A DNA stretch of 64,000 bases, from NCBI RefSeq assembly GCF_964204645.1, contig NC_134029.1, forward strand, positions 15,060,950 through 15,124,949. The letters run 5' to 3'. Below, piece by piece: positions 13,329-24,360 of the stretch (position 1 is the first letter of the stretch; each line of letters opens with the position of its first letter). Position numbers and translations under genes: made by a program. The notes below the pieces were generated by a model, which saw nothing but the letters and a program-made list of their open reading frames with translations, searched no databases and was not told the origin of the DNA. The stretch comes from Tubulanus polymorphus. Its lineage: Eukaryota; Animalia; Nemertea.

Positions 13329-13481
13329 GAGTAATTGGGAATATGGCGGTTCATACCAAAGGTTGAAGGGTCGAGTGAGTAAAAAATAAAAATAAATTCT
13401 CGCAGGCTCGAATTTATTTTTATTTTTTACTCACTCGCCCCTTCAACCTTTGATCTGAACCCCCATATTCCCAATAACTCC
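13329..13481. repeat. Terminal ~150-nt hairpin of the left Polinton TIR
   Basis: GAGTAATTGGGAATATGG...AAATAAATTC-loop-GAATTTATTT...CCATATTCCCAATAACTC. Confidence 0.92.
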
Positions 13482-13576
13482 TAATAATATTCATATATAT
13501 GAATAACATATAAATGAATAACATATATAAATGAATAACTTCTAAAATCAATTTTAATAAAAAATATGTTATTAAA

Positions 13577-13930
13577 ATGGAGAGTAAACAAGTACACAGT
13601 GAGAACAACAAATCATTCTTAAATAGAATTAAAGGTATCACAAATGCTAAATCAGTAGATTATAAATTTAATAAGTAAAATGAATTAACAATTCATAAGA
13701 AATATTTGATTACAAATATTGAAACAATTACTAATAATTATGGAGATAAATTAGTTATTCACTTAGAATATGAAGGATTAAAAGGAAATAAATATAAATT
13801 CAGAACTTATTTACCAGATAGATTTCATAGATTATCTAGTGAAGATTTAGAAGAATTATGTTCTGGTGATTTCTATTTCAAATATAAGGGTAAGAATGAG
13901 AAAGGGCACCATGATATAGATTTTGAATAG
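13577..13930 (+). pseudogene. Left-TIR copy of the 117-aa TIR gene (frameshifted near 13675)
   Basis: MESKQVHSENNKSFL... then ITNIETITNNYGDKLVIHLEYEG...; near-identical to 43110-43463. Confidence 0.85.
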
Positions 13931-13965
13931 TATAAAATAAATTTCAATAAAAGATTATATAATAA

Positions 13966-14720
13966 ATGCCAGCAAATCAGAAGTACTACTGTCCAACATG
14001 TAAAATCAATATAGATAAATCTCAAAAAGCAAGACATAATAAAACTAAAACACATTTAGAGAATAAATTTAAATTAGAATATAAAGATGTTATATTAGAA
14101 ACTAAATTAGATGAATTAAAGAATGAAAAAGAAATATATAAATGTGAAACATGTAATCAATCATTCAGTGATAAAAGATATTATAAAGAACATTTAAAAT
14201 CTAAAACTCATATTAGAAATTTCAATAATGATATTTTAGGTGAAGATTATTTTGATAAAGATAATGATAAGAAACAGAAGACAATTAAAAGAATAGAAAA
14301 ATAAATTAAAAAAGAAAAGACCATACATGGAAGATGTTAGAAATTAAATTAATTCATTAGATAATAAAAAACAAATAGAGATAACTGAAGCATTAAAAAG
14401 TGATATTGGACCAGCTCCTATCGAGTTTAAATTTCATAAAGGTAAAACTTTAGAAGAAAGTAAAAAACATTTAGAAAATATTAAAAATATAGTAAAAGTA
14501 ATTACTGATGTTGAATACCCTAAAATTAGCATATCAGTTAAAGTTAAGTTTATAAGATCTGAAGATAAACCAATATATAATATAAATTCCCATTCACAAC
14601 ATATTATATCTAAACAGCATATAGATGATAAATTAAATTAATGTTATGAAATAAAAAGTAAAATAGAAGAGAAATATTTTGAAGGATCAGGTTTAATATT
14701 TGATGAAATAATATTTATGA
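13966..14720 (+). pseudogene. pPolB N-terminal region with two C2H2-type zinc fingers
   Basis: YYCPTCKINI..ARHNKTKTH; YKCETCNQSF..KEHLKSKTH; ...FEGSGLIFDEII, which continues at 28230 as in the uninterrupted copy at ~52070. Confidence 0.85.
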
Positions 14721-15451
14721 TATCCCCGCTCCGTGAGAAATGGAAAACGACGAGCTTTGTTTGAAGCAAAATAAACAAGACATGTAGTTGATTGATAAAG
14801 GTCATTTATTAGTATAAATGACTGGTGAAACTAAGTTTATTACAAAATTGTTGCAAATTAAAAACATACATGTATATATTTTGCGAAAAGTTTGGCCAAA
14901 AAATTGCCAAATAATTAATCATATGATGTGACAACATTCAACAATAAGTACACCCAATACGAATGTATACAAATTTTCACATAAGAAAAGGGGAGGGAAT
15001 TAAGGGTGGGATATTGAATTGAAGTTAGTGAAAATAACGAAGTGTCCTACTCGTGTTTCTCCGAGGGAATGCTTAGCCACGTTGTCAGGAGGGGCGGAGG
15101 CAAGGAGTAACTGACAACTGACAAGTAACACGTGACTCCGCGTGATCTCACAAAACATTTTATTCTCTACACAAATAAAACTCATTTATGATATCCGCGC
15201 TCCGTGAGAAATGGAAAACGACGAGCTTTGTTTGAAGCAAAATAAACAAGACATGTAGTTGATTGATAAAGGTCATTTATTGGTATAAACTAAGTTTATT
15301 ACAAAATTGTTGCAAATTGAAACATACATGTATATATTTTGCGAAAGGTTTGGCCAAAAAATTGTCACAAGATGTTTGAAACAAACATCCAGGCCAAACT
15401 GGGGTCGTTTCCATATCTCAAGAGAGGGGTGAAGCTGTAACATAGACATAC

Positions 15452-15900
15452 GAGGCAGACAACATCTGGCCCTCTTACGAATGATACGTGTGTAATTGAG
15501 TTTTAGTATTGGATGGTGAAGCAGACAACATCTGGCCCTCAACCAAACATTATGATCAAGCAAATATTATGAACCGTATTTGAGTAAGACCTTATGATAC
15601 GATTTTGAATAACCCGTGGAGGCAGGGGAAATATTCTGGCTCTCCAAAAAAACGTATAAATTCAAATTGAAACTAATATCATTCATTAAAATTAAAAGCA
15701 CAAGATTGTCATATATAAGATATAAACTAACAAATACTAGGGTTATGTACATATAAGTGTACATACATAGTTAAGTACCTACGTGCGCAGGGAGGCAGAC
15801 AAACATCTGGGCCTCCTCAAAGCTATAAAATTACTTTGGAAAATCATTATTTAATACAAAAACAAGGTAACGACGTGAGGCAGACAAAATCCGGCCCTCA
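15452..15900. repeat. Four dispersed copies of a ~22-nt hairpin motif GAGGCAGACAACATCTGGCCCTC in the Ngaro 3' region
   Basis: Copies at ~15452, 15519, 15792 and 15877. Confidence 0.8.
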
Positions 15901-16352
15901 AAATTAAAGTTTTAGCATTTAAAACTGCGTCAATGCGTCATTAGTGCTGTCCCGTCCCGGCCGGACTGATTCTAATGTATCGTTTGAAAGCGTCTGACTT
16001 CCATCGTCCTAACTCTCGAATGACTGGCTCGGGGACCCCGTTCGTTGCGGCGCCAATCCGAAAGCTATGCGATGTATAGCTGACCACTGGCAGGCCGAGA
16101 AATGATATCAACTTTTTTAGCGATTTTGCAAAAAGAAAAAAACATACGATACAGCTGCACCATTTCGAAATTGAAAAATGTACCGGACGTATGCTTGCTC
16201 ACATGGAGGTAATGAGATATAATTGTGACCGGACAAACGGATGGGTTTAAATGCTTTGGCAACAGCAATGGTTTTGGTATCAAATCGGTATGCTTGTAGT
16301 CCGTGGTGCAGACGCGTAACATCGGCGTTGAATTAGGACCATGGAACAAGGT

Positions 16353-17693
16353 TATGGGCGGCCATTCCCGCCAAAAATCAGCGTTTCGTCTATTTGTCTG
16401 TACTTTGTCAAAATGTCATAGTACACCGCCAAAATGTGTAAGCGTAACGTCAAATTGTGTAATGCGGCTAAATAACACAGGGGGTGACACTGTACGGACA
16501 GTATTTCGCGGTATTTTTCTCGCTTTGCGATCATCTCAAGGTCGTCTCATTGAAATAATTTTGCGAGTATCAAATCGACAAATCGTATCATATTCCCTAA
16601 ACCCAATAAAATGAATTTATTATTACTTTTATTAGTTAACTCGGAACTCATGAACTCAAGATGTCGTCTCAGGTATGGAGGCCCTGTATGGAAGCCCTGA
16701 GACGACACCTTGGGTTCACGAGTTCCCCAGTTCATAACGTCCAGAGTTTAGGATATTTCGAGTTTATTTGGGCATGTACAACACTATGAAATAATGCGAC
16801 ATAAAGAATCCTATTATAAGGATGTTAAATCCGATTACGTCATGAATTAACTAAAAAAATTATGTCCTGCATCAACCAAGACTGGTTGACTGTGCCCAAT
16901 TCTGCACTGGCAGTCATATGAAGTCGACCGGCAACCAGTCTATCAAAAGACATCAGCTTTCTTGATGGTTTATAGAAAATAAATAGATGTTTAAAAATTT
17001 CTCATAACGAGCGTTTGTTATCTTTTTCATCATTAAAACACGAGCAGATTCATCGAGAGTCACCGGTTATTCGGAGTCACCCTTCTCTCTAGCCCGCGCA
17101 CAGAAAATCCGAGCTACCTACCAGAGGAGGAACGGAAGCGCCCTTCAACATACCATTAATCGCTGGTTATTCAGTATCGTCTAAGTCTGAGACGCGGGTG
17201 TTTCGTGTTTCGGAGCATCGTGTTTACATTCGACGTTTCGGTATCGCAGGCTTTTTTTCATTAGACGAACTCATGAACTTGATAACTCAGGAAGTTATGA
17301 ACTCGGAACTCATGAACTCAAGATGTCGTCTCAGGGCTTCCATAGGTTTACGGCAAAGTATTTACTTCCGCTATTTTACCGTACATTATTACTATATATT
17401 ATAGTATTAACTAACTAAAGTAACAATAAGATCATTTTATTGGGTTTAGGTAATATGATACGATGTGTCGATTTGATACGAGCAAAATTATTTCAATAAA
17501 ACGACCTTGATATGATCGCAATGCGAGAAAAATACCGCAAAATACTGTCCGTACAGTGTCGCCCCCTGTGTTATTTAGCCGCATTACACAATTTGACGTT
17601 ACGCTAACACATTTTGGCGGTGTACTATGACATTTTGTCAAAGTACAGACAAATAGACGAAACGCTGATTTTTGGAGGGAATGGCCGCCCATA
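16353..17693. mobile_element. Non-autonomous DNA transposon with ~290-bp TIRs, IS3EU-like
   Basis: TIR TATGGGCGGCCATTCC.../...GGAATGGCCGCCCATA; 6-bp TSD CAAGGT (16347-16352, 17694-17699). TAY termini with a 6-bp TSD fit IS3EU. Confidence 0.85.
16687..17344. mobile_element. Second TATGG-ended MITE nested in the first
   Basis: TATGGAAGCCCTGAGACGACA... / ...TGTCGTCTCAGGGCTTCCATA; extra partial ends at 16637-16686; no clean TSD. Confidence 0.7.
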
Positions 17694-18248
17694 CAAGGTG
17701 ACCTGATGTTTTTGTAATACCTTAGTCGCATGGCCACTAGACTTAACCGATATCTCGCCGACCCGCAAAAATGCATGAAAACACAAGACGAACATAGACT
17801 TGAGCAAGATACCGTCGAAACCCTCGCCCATTACTACGGGTATCGCGGCAACCAACCGAGTCATAATATCTATTTTAATGGGTAAACGGGCGTCAGGGCT
17901 GCTCGGGATGGAATTTGCGACGCCTTTTGGGAGTTTTCTTATAAAGAAAGATGCAGTGGGGTCAGGTAGGCGAGCCGATTTATGGTAAAAGCTAATTGCC
18001 GAAATGTATGAAAAAATAGAGGGACTGCTGTAACCTGACAGAAACAGATACGCTATAAATTGAGATATAGTATCTTCAGAAGTGGGAAAGAAGGGCTCCT
18101 GGTGGCCGACGTTCACCAAGAATTTCTGGAAATGCTCAACCTCGCGACGATATGCATCCCTGGTGGAAGGAGCGACGGACCTGGTGAACAGAAATTGTAC
18201 TATATTCTGTAGCTGGCCGGTGGTATAGGAGTTGGCAGTCTGTTCAGC

Positions 18249-19760
18249 CTACTGCCTGGCCTCCTGAAAACAGAAACGGGACAACTTGTCACTGATCACA
18301 TTAGTGTACCCTGCAATATGCTCGCTCCGAATAAATACATTATATTTCATCGCTGCCAGCACCAAACGTCTGACCAGACGCATAATGACCTTATCGGTAG
18401 AGGTCATTTTGTTAATGATATGTGCGACAGCTGCGTTGTCGGTCATAAAAAGTATTTTATGGTTTCTTAGGTTACCGCCCCATATTTATAACGCTAATAC
18501 TATGGGAAAGAACATTTTTATCGTGATGTGGTGGTCAAGCATATCATGTTGCCAGCCACCCGAGAACCAACGAGAACCGAAAACAGCTGCAAAACCTTTC
18601 GATCCCGCAGCATCACTGTACAAACGAATAGCGTCAGACGGTGTCCATGATGAATATAAGAAACATGATTTACCATTAAAATGGTTTTACGAAAGACCAC
18701 CACGCGGTTAAATCAGATCTCGCTTCGTTATTTAGCCTAATTCTGTGATGTGGCCGGGATATTCCACAAGTCAGATCGCAGAGGCGCCGTAGAAACGCCC
18801 TACCGGGTATGATTACGCTGCAAGCGAAATTGAGCAGGCCTAGCAGTGACTGTAGTTCCTTGAGCGTCACCGACTTTTTGCACTTAATGACCACAATTGG
18901 GCACGAGTTTTTTCGACTTTATCTAATGGCAGACGCGCTTCCATAGCGTCTGAATCTATTTCGATACCATGTATTATTAAACATGTACAGGGATGAACAG
19001 TCTTATCGTGTTTTACGGGAATCCCGGTTTCTGTACAAATTTCGAAAAATGAGTGCAAAGCTAAGTTACACTGATTAGAAATGGGCCTCCCGATAAAGAA
19101 AAAGTCATCTAATAGGTGGGACATATGCTGAACGTCTTTTTTAATCAATAGAATCCATTGTATTGCTGAACTGAATACTTCAATTAATTGACAGGATGAT
19201 GCGCAGCCCATCGGCAGGCAACGGTCATAGTAATACATATTGTTATAAGTAAACATCAACAAATGATAATCGTCTGGATGGACGGGTATTAAACGAAATG
19301 CGTCTTGTATATCTGCTTTGGCTATAAGGCACCCGCGCCCATATAATTGAACTAGTGAAATAACGGATTCGATGTTGTCATATGACACTTTTTTATGATC
19401 GTCCTCTATGAAGTCGTTTACTGAGGAGTGACCCCTCTGGAAAGGACAGATCGTGAATGAGTCTAAATTTTCCAGATTCTTTTTTTGCTATTATATCTAT
19501 TGGGCTACATACATAATTTGTATGAACAGGTGTGGTGAAAAGACCGGCAATACGGCCTAGGTCAAATTCATGCAAAATTTTTTCCTTCGCTATGGAAGGA
19601 CAATCTAAAAAAACTTTTGTGATTCTTTGGGATGTCCAAAGTATATGGTCTTTGAGTCGCCGATCCTAAACGAAACCCGTTAGTAAAACCATCTACCAGA
19701 AACTTCCGTTGTTTGAAACCAATTAGCAAATTATTTAAGTTTTATTGGTGTCGGAATAAT
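18249..19760 (-). pseudogene. pol: Ngaro reverse transcriptase/RNase H, frameshifted
   Basis: KKESGKFRLIHDLSFP, AKADIQDAFRLIP, YYDRCLPMG, HLLDDFF, LQSLLGLLNFAC..GRAFLRRL, TDNAAVAHIINK, HIAGYTNVISDKLSRF. Confidence 0.93.
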
Positions 19761-20713
19761 TTTGGGCAGTGCATGAGTCGGCTGCATGTTTTTTTACCGC
19801 AATGGGGGCATTCATGCTTTCTTCTACAGAGCTTATACTGGCAGGTTTCAGTCTGGCAGAACTTCCAGCAGAAACCGACCGGAAAACGCTTTGTCTGTCG
19901 GTGGGGCTTCGCAAGAAAGGGCTTCTTTTGATCTACCGATCTTAAAGTACTACACCGTAGTTCATCGTGAACTTTTGACCACGCCAGAGATGGAGAAACC
20001 GCTCTGAATCGGCGGAATTGCTCATCGTAGATCTTTGCGGCGGGAAAGCCAAAATCATTAGCAAATTGACGGATAGTGCTAGCATATTTCAACAGCTGAC
20101 GGAAAACCTGAACATCGGAATGGCTTTGCACGTAGACAGACATGAAGATATCGAATGTTTTGTTCCATTCGTAAATGGATGACTACTGTTTGAGTCTAGG
20201 TTTACACAAAATGTTAAATCTCCTTTCTCAGAAAGGGTAGCACGAAGTGTGTAAACTTCGGCAGATTTAGTACCGATCAAAAGAGCCGACAAATCAATAT
20301 ATCTATCTGCCCAAATATTGGCCTTTATTTTTTCCGACACTGCTAAGTCCAAAGGAAGCGAGGACGTAAGTAACTCGCTGATAAGTTGCTCACCAAGAAT
20401 GGGAGAAGTTCTGTGTGACGTCACCAGGATTGGAAGAATTCACTACAGGTGTCGGGAAGCAGTTCTGTGTGGCGTCGCGTGTTGGTAGCAGATGACTATC
20501 GATGAGTCTATGAATGACGATATCCGCGACGGCATTCGCATCTGGTTGTTGGTTGGTTGTTTGGTTGTTGGTTGGTTGTTGGTTGTTGGTTTGGTTAGTT
20601 GGTTGGTCCCTGGCGTTGATGGGGGTGGCAACCGCTTCAACAGTAAGCGCAGACGAACGAGGGCGTTTTTGTCTACTGGTGACTGCACGCTTAGCTCTCG
20701 TGGCTCTCGGCAT
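19742..20713 (-). pseudogene. gag: Ngaro gag-like ORF1 (three frameshifted pieces)
   Basis: VSEKIKANIWADRYIDLSALL, LLKYASTIRQFA..YDEQFRRFRA, C-terminal CWKF..C..C..HEC..CG..H..C. ATG at 20713 directly follows a TTTTAG splice acceptor. Confidence 0.85.
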
Positions 20714-20855
20714 CTAAAAGATTAGCAAATAGGAAAAAACCAGCAGAAAATTGAACAGCATCAGTAGTTAGGGTATGTCACTATGGGGCCACAGTGGAGG
20801 GAGGAGTGAGGAGGGAGGAGGGAGGAGGGATGACGTCATACCGGAAGTGACGTCA

Positions 20856-21314
20856 TCACGTGTTGATGCCACAAAATAAAGTTATGCAGTTATAACAAAA
20901 ATTTTCTTCATACCCTTCACACGTTTTAAGTTCGCTTAAACAGTGCCAGCATATAGTTTTTTCACAACAATGAAGCAAATCCTCTTGCGCGTGACAGCGA
21001 TAACAGTCTTTTTTCGCGATATGTTTGATAATCCTAAAATGTGCCATGCAATTCTCGATAGGACATTCGAAATCATGTTGAACGCCTAACCACCGAGCGT
21101 TCACTAGCCAGCAATCTTCACAAATCGGTTTCCTGCAACACGTCGTTACTCGAAAACTACCGTATGTAATTGTCGTATTACAATATTTGCAAATCGCAAA
21201 TCCGGTAGACCAGTCGATATCTTCAAAGTCGACATGATTTATTTCATGTTCCGTGGTAATTGATTTTTTTTTTTTTAGGAAAATGTTTTCCACGGTAAAA
21301 AAATCGCCAGACAT
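20856..21314 (-). CDS. Cys-rich protein with two RING-like modules (putative E3 ligase), 152 aa, intact
   Basis: CKYC...TCCRKPICEDC...CPIENC and CYRC...HCCEKTICWHC...CYNC. Confidence 0.65.
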   Translation of the reverse strand: MSGDFFTVENIFLKKKKSITTEHEINHVDFEDIDWSTGFAICKYCNTTITYGSFRVTTCCRKPICEDCWLVNARWLGVQHDFECPIENCMAHFRIIKHIAKKDCYRCHAQEDLLHCCEKTICWHCLSELKTCEGYEENFCYNCITLFCGINT

Positions 21315-21490
21315 TTTCGTAAAATTAAAATCCTAGATGGCGCTAGTCCGTAATCCTATACAGATGCGTGCGCATGCGTGCGTTTGTGTGTACGTGTGTA
21401 AGCGAGTGACGTCATCCTAAATGACGCCATGATAACATAATCCTATGCGAGCGCGTGTATAGAGAGGGAAACGGGGTAAAATCGAAGATG
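21315..21490. promoter_or_regulatory. Putative bidirectional promoter between the RING and PC4 genes
   Basis: CTAGATGGCGCT (CTCF-like, 21333), TGCGCATGCG (NRF1-like, ~21370) and TGACGTCA (CRE, ~21407) between divergent ORFs. Confidence 0.45.
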
Positions 21491-21678
21491 GCTTCTTTTG
21501 ACGGCTATTGTGAAATCATAGACAAGTTTAGGCGAACATATTTCGTAACAACATGTAAAACCATAAAACGAGTTCGGGTAAGTCATTTTCTGACAATAAA
21601 AACGCGTTGCAAATCCATAATTTAGTCATTCTGCTCAGAGACTTTGAACCGTCAACATCATACAACATCATCGTAATA

Positions 21679-22507
21679 ATGGATTCGGCCGGCGGACAAA
21701 GTATTTTAGAAATATCTAATACACCAGTTAAAGCAAAGTCATCGCTTCAATCTAGATAAAGAAAACACCCCTCGCTGAAACTCGACTTTAGTAAGTTTCT
21801 ACTTATTTCCCGTATTCGAAACCGTCAAATATTAAGACATACGTATACTGATATATGATATTTTTATTGTTCTTTTAGGTTCGATCGTTAATGACAACGC
21901 TGTCGCCGGCCCGTCGAAAAGTGCGAACTTGCGTAACACCTGGAACAATGACCCCGAACCCCATTATCTAGGATCTCTTGTTTACGCGAGTGCGAAAACG
22001 TGGCAGGGGGTAAAACGTGTAGATTTACGGTCCTACGAGTGCTGTGAACGAAGAAAACAACTGTATCCCACTAAAAGCGGTATTTCGCTCGATCTCCAAG
22101 AGTGGGTGCATATAGATTTTTGTAAATCCGATATCGAACACGAAATTGCTCGCGTTAAAGAAGATATCGAATACGTGGGTGTAATGACTGTTGGTCGTAC
22201 GAACTTTATCAAAATATATAGGTCTAGTCACGATCATCGTATTTACGTAGATATCCGAAAATACGATCTATTCGATGAACCTCTCGGTGTTTCCCCGACT
22301 AGATGCGGTGTAAAACTAACATTGGAACAATGGAAAAAATTGAAAGACATGAATTTTAATGACGATATACCCGAACTAGCCAACATGACGCCCTGTTGGT
22401 ATGATTCGAGTCACTCGAATCAGGAATACAGGTGTCCGTACTGTGCAAAAGACACTTCTGGAGTACGAAAAACACCTGAATACGGTGTAATGATCACCCT
22501 AGTATAA
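21679..22507 (+). CDS. Spliced tandem PC4/Sub1-domain ssDNA-binding protein with a C-terminal C-H-C-C motif
   Basis: VKRVDLRSY..LYPTKSGISLDLQEW and IYVDIRKY..PTRCGVKLTLEQWKKL; PCWYDSSHSNQEYRCPYC. GT-AG intron 21791-21878 joins an upstream ATG (21679) in frame; one TAA in that first exon. Confidence 0.8.
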
Positions 22508-23404
22508 TTAAAGTAATTTAAAAGATATTAATTAGATAATATTTATATCATAACCGAACAACAAAATATGTAAAAAAAAAATACATCAATTTATATACGT
22601 TAGTTTGCGTTAAACTCTTAGATAGAAATAAGTATCCGAAATGACTAATCCAGGACTTCATTAAGATCCGCTCTAACCAAAGAGGATTAACTAAAGTAGT
22701 GAGTTTCTATCTTTTATGAAATTTATGGTTTTTTCATGTATAGGTATATGACCTATGTTTATCTACAATATTTATAAAAATATTTATGTTTTTTAGGACT
22801 AAATAAAACATTAATTGAATAAAAGATTTCATTTTTGACTCATTCTGAGTTAACAATACGTTAATCTAGCATTTCGTTGCTATCCAGACCCATGATACCA
22901 TATACCGACAAAGAAGGCAATTAATTGATTTAGATCAATACATGACCACGATTGGGGAAAATAGGTGTGAGCAAAACCAATTACCTAGACTAGTAGCAGA
23001 TGGGTCGATAGTATCCAAACACCATTAATTATATGTGGAAGACGAAGGCAATTAAGTGATTTAGATCGGAGACACGTCCGAGATGGGAAATTATGTGTGA
23101 GGTTTCAAACCAATTACACTAGCAATAATTCGAACATTTTTAGTGCTCATAGCGCTGAGGTAATTAAATTGTTTAGAAAAAACCGAACAGATGGTCCTAT
23201 ATGCTGGGTGATATTAGACCCGAGTATCAAAAACACCGTTAATTATATGTGATAGAATCCTCAAATACTTTGAGTAAACTGTTAGACTATGAGAATTAAT
23301 CAACTAATTAGTCGTCTGACTTAGACCCATAAATAAGGGGGTAGTTTTAGGACAAATCATTTCCAAGATGTCTGTTATTGGAGCACTAAAATAGTAGCCG
23401 AAAT

Positions 23405-24360
23405 GTTTCGTTCGAACTTTATCAAGATATATGGATCTAGTCACGATCACCGTATTACGTAGATATCCGAAAATACGATCTACACGATGAGCTTTTCGAC
23501 GTAAATCCGACTAGATGCGGCGTAAAACTAACATTGGAACAATGGAAAAAAATTGAAAGACATTAATTTTACAGAAGATATATCCGAACTGGCTAATATG
23601 AGACCGTGCTGGTACGATTCGAGTCACTCGAATCAGGAATACAGATGCCCGTACTGCGCAAAAGACACAAGCGGGGTTAGAAAGCACCTGAATACGGTAT
23701 AATGATAACCCAAGTATAATTAATTAAATAATTAAGTAATTTAAAACCGCTCTGACCAAAAGAGGATTAACTAAAGTAGTGAGTTTCTATCTTTTACGAA
23801 TTTTTATAGGTAGCGACTCATTCGTCATCTACCGGATTGTATAAATAAAAGCCATAACCCGTGTATATGTATAATATTTTTGGAAAAAAAATTTATGTTT
23901 TTTAGATGAACGAGTAAATAATAAACTTGCAATGTATATAATATTTCATGTCTGTCTCATTTTATTCGGATTTACTCTATAATAATCAAGCATTTTGTCG
24001 TTGGCCAGACCCCCTTGATACAAAATATCATCTATGAACGTAATTAAGTAATTGAGAAACAAATACCATTGACCCATGGTTAGCATCTACCATCTAAAAT
24101 ATCTGGTCAGTACCCTCGATGATATGTGACGGAATATGCAGGATGAAAATTACGCAATTAAGTAATTGAGAAACAAAAACCATTGACCCGTTGTTAGCAT
24201 CTGCCGAATAAGTTATTTAGATCAGAGACACAACCGCGATTGGGGAAATTAAGTATGAGCAAACCAACTATAGTATACCCATTTCGTGTTTGTTGGTTGT
24301 TTGTTGATTGACTGACGCGATTAAGCTGTTTGGAAAACCTAGACTAGTAACAGATGGTTT
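23405..24360 (+). repeat. ~1.2-kb internal tandem duplication (second PC4 half plus downstream motif array)
   Basis: 23405-23720 matches 22195-22507; 23747-23800 matches 22668-22720; the motif array repeats at 24000-24360. Confidence 0.85.

Larger units (their letters stand above)
15950..18230 (-). pseudogene. Tyrosine recombinase of the Ngaro element, split by a MITE
   Basis: N-part 17700-18230 (FIAYLF..ISAISFYHK..FHAFLRVGEI); C-part 15950-16352 (CPV.., SHSFRIGAAT, LGRWKSDAFKRYIR). Confidence 0.92.

Noticed and set aside
15452-15900. Twister or HDV ribozyme in the GAGGG/CTGCC repeats
   Set aside because: The remaining conserved core and pseudoknot pairings were not found; kept only as simple hairpins.
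16303-17776. Two near-identical ORFs (16303-16614 + and 17432-17776 -) resembling a gene pair
   Set aside because: They are the two TIRs of a MITE read inward; no domain signature.
22634-22702. Hammerhead ribozyme in the shared CCGAAATGAC motif
   Set aside because: No CUGANGA box or stem III in the required arrangement.
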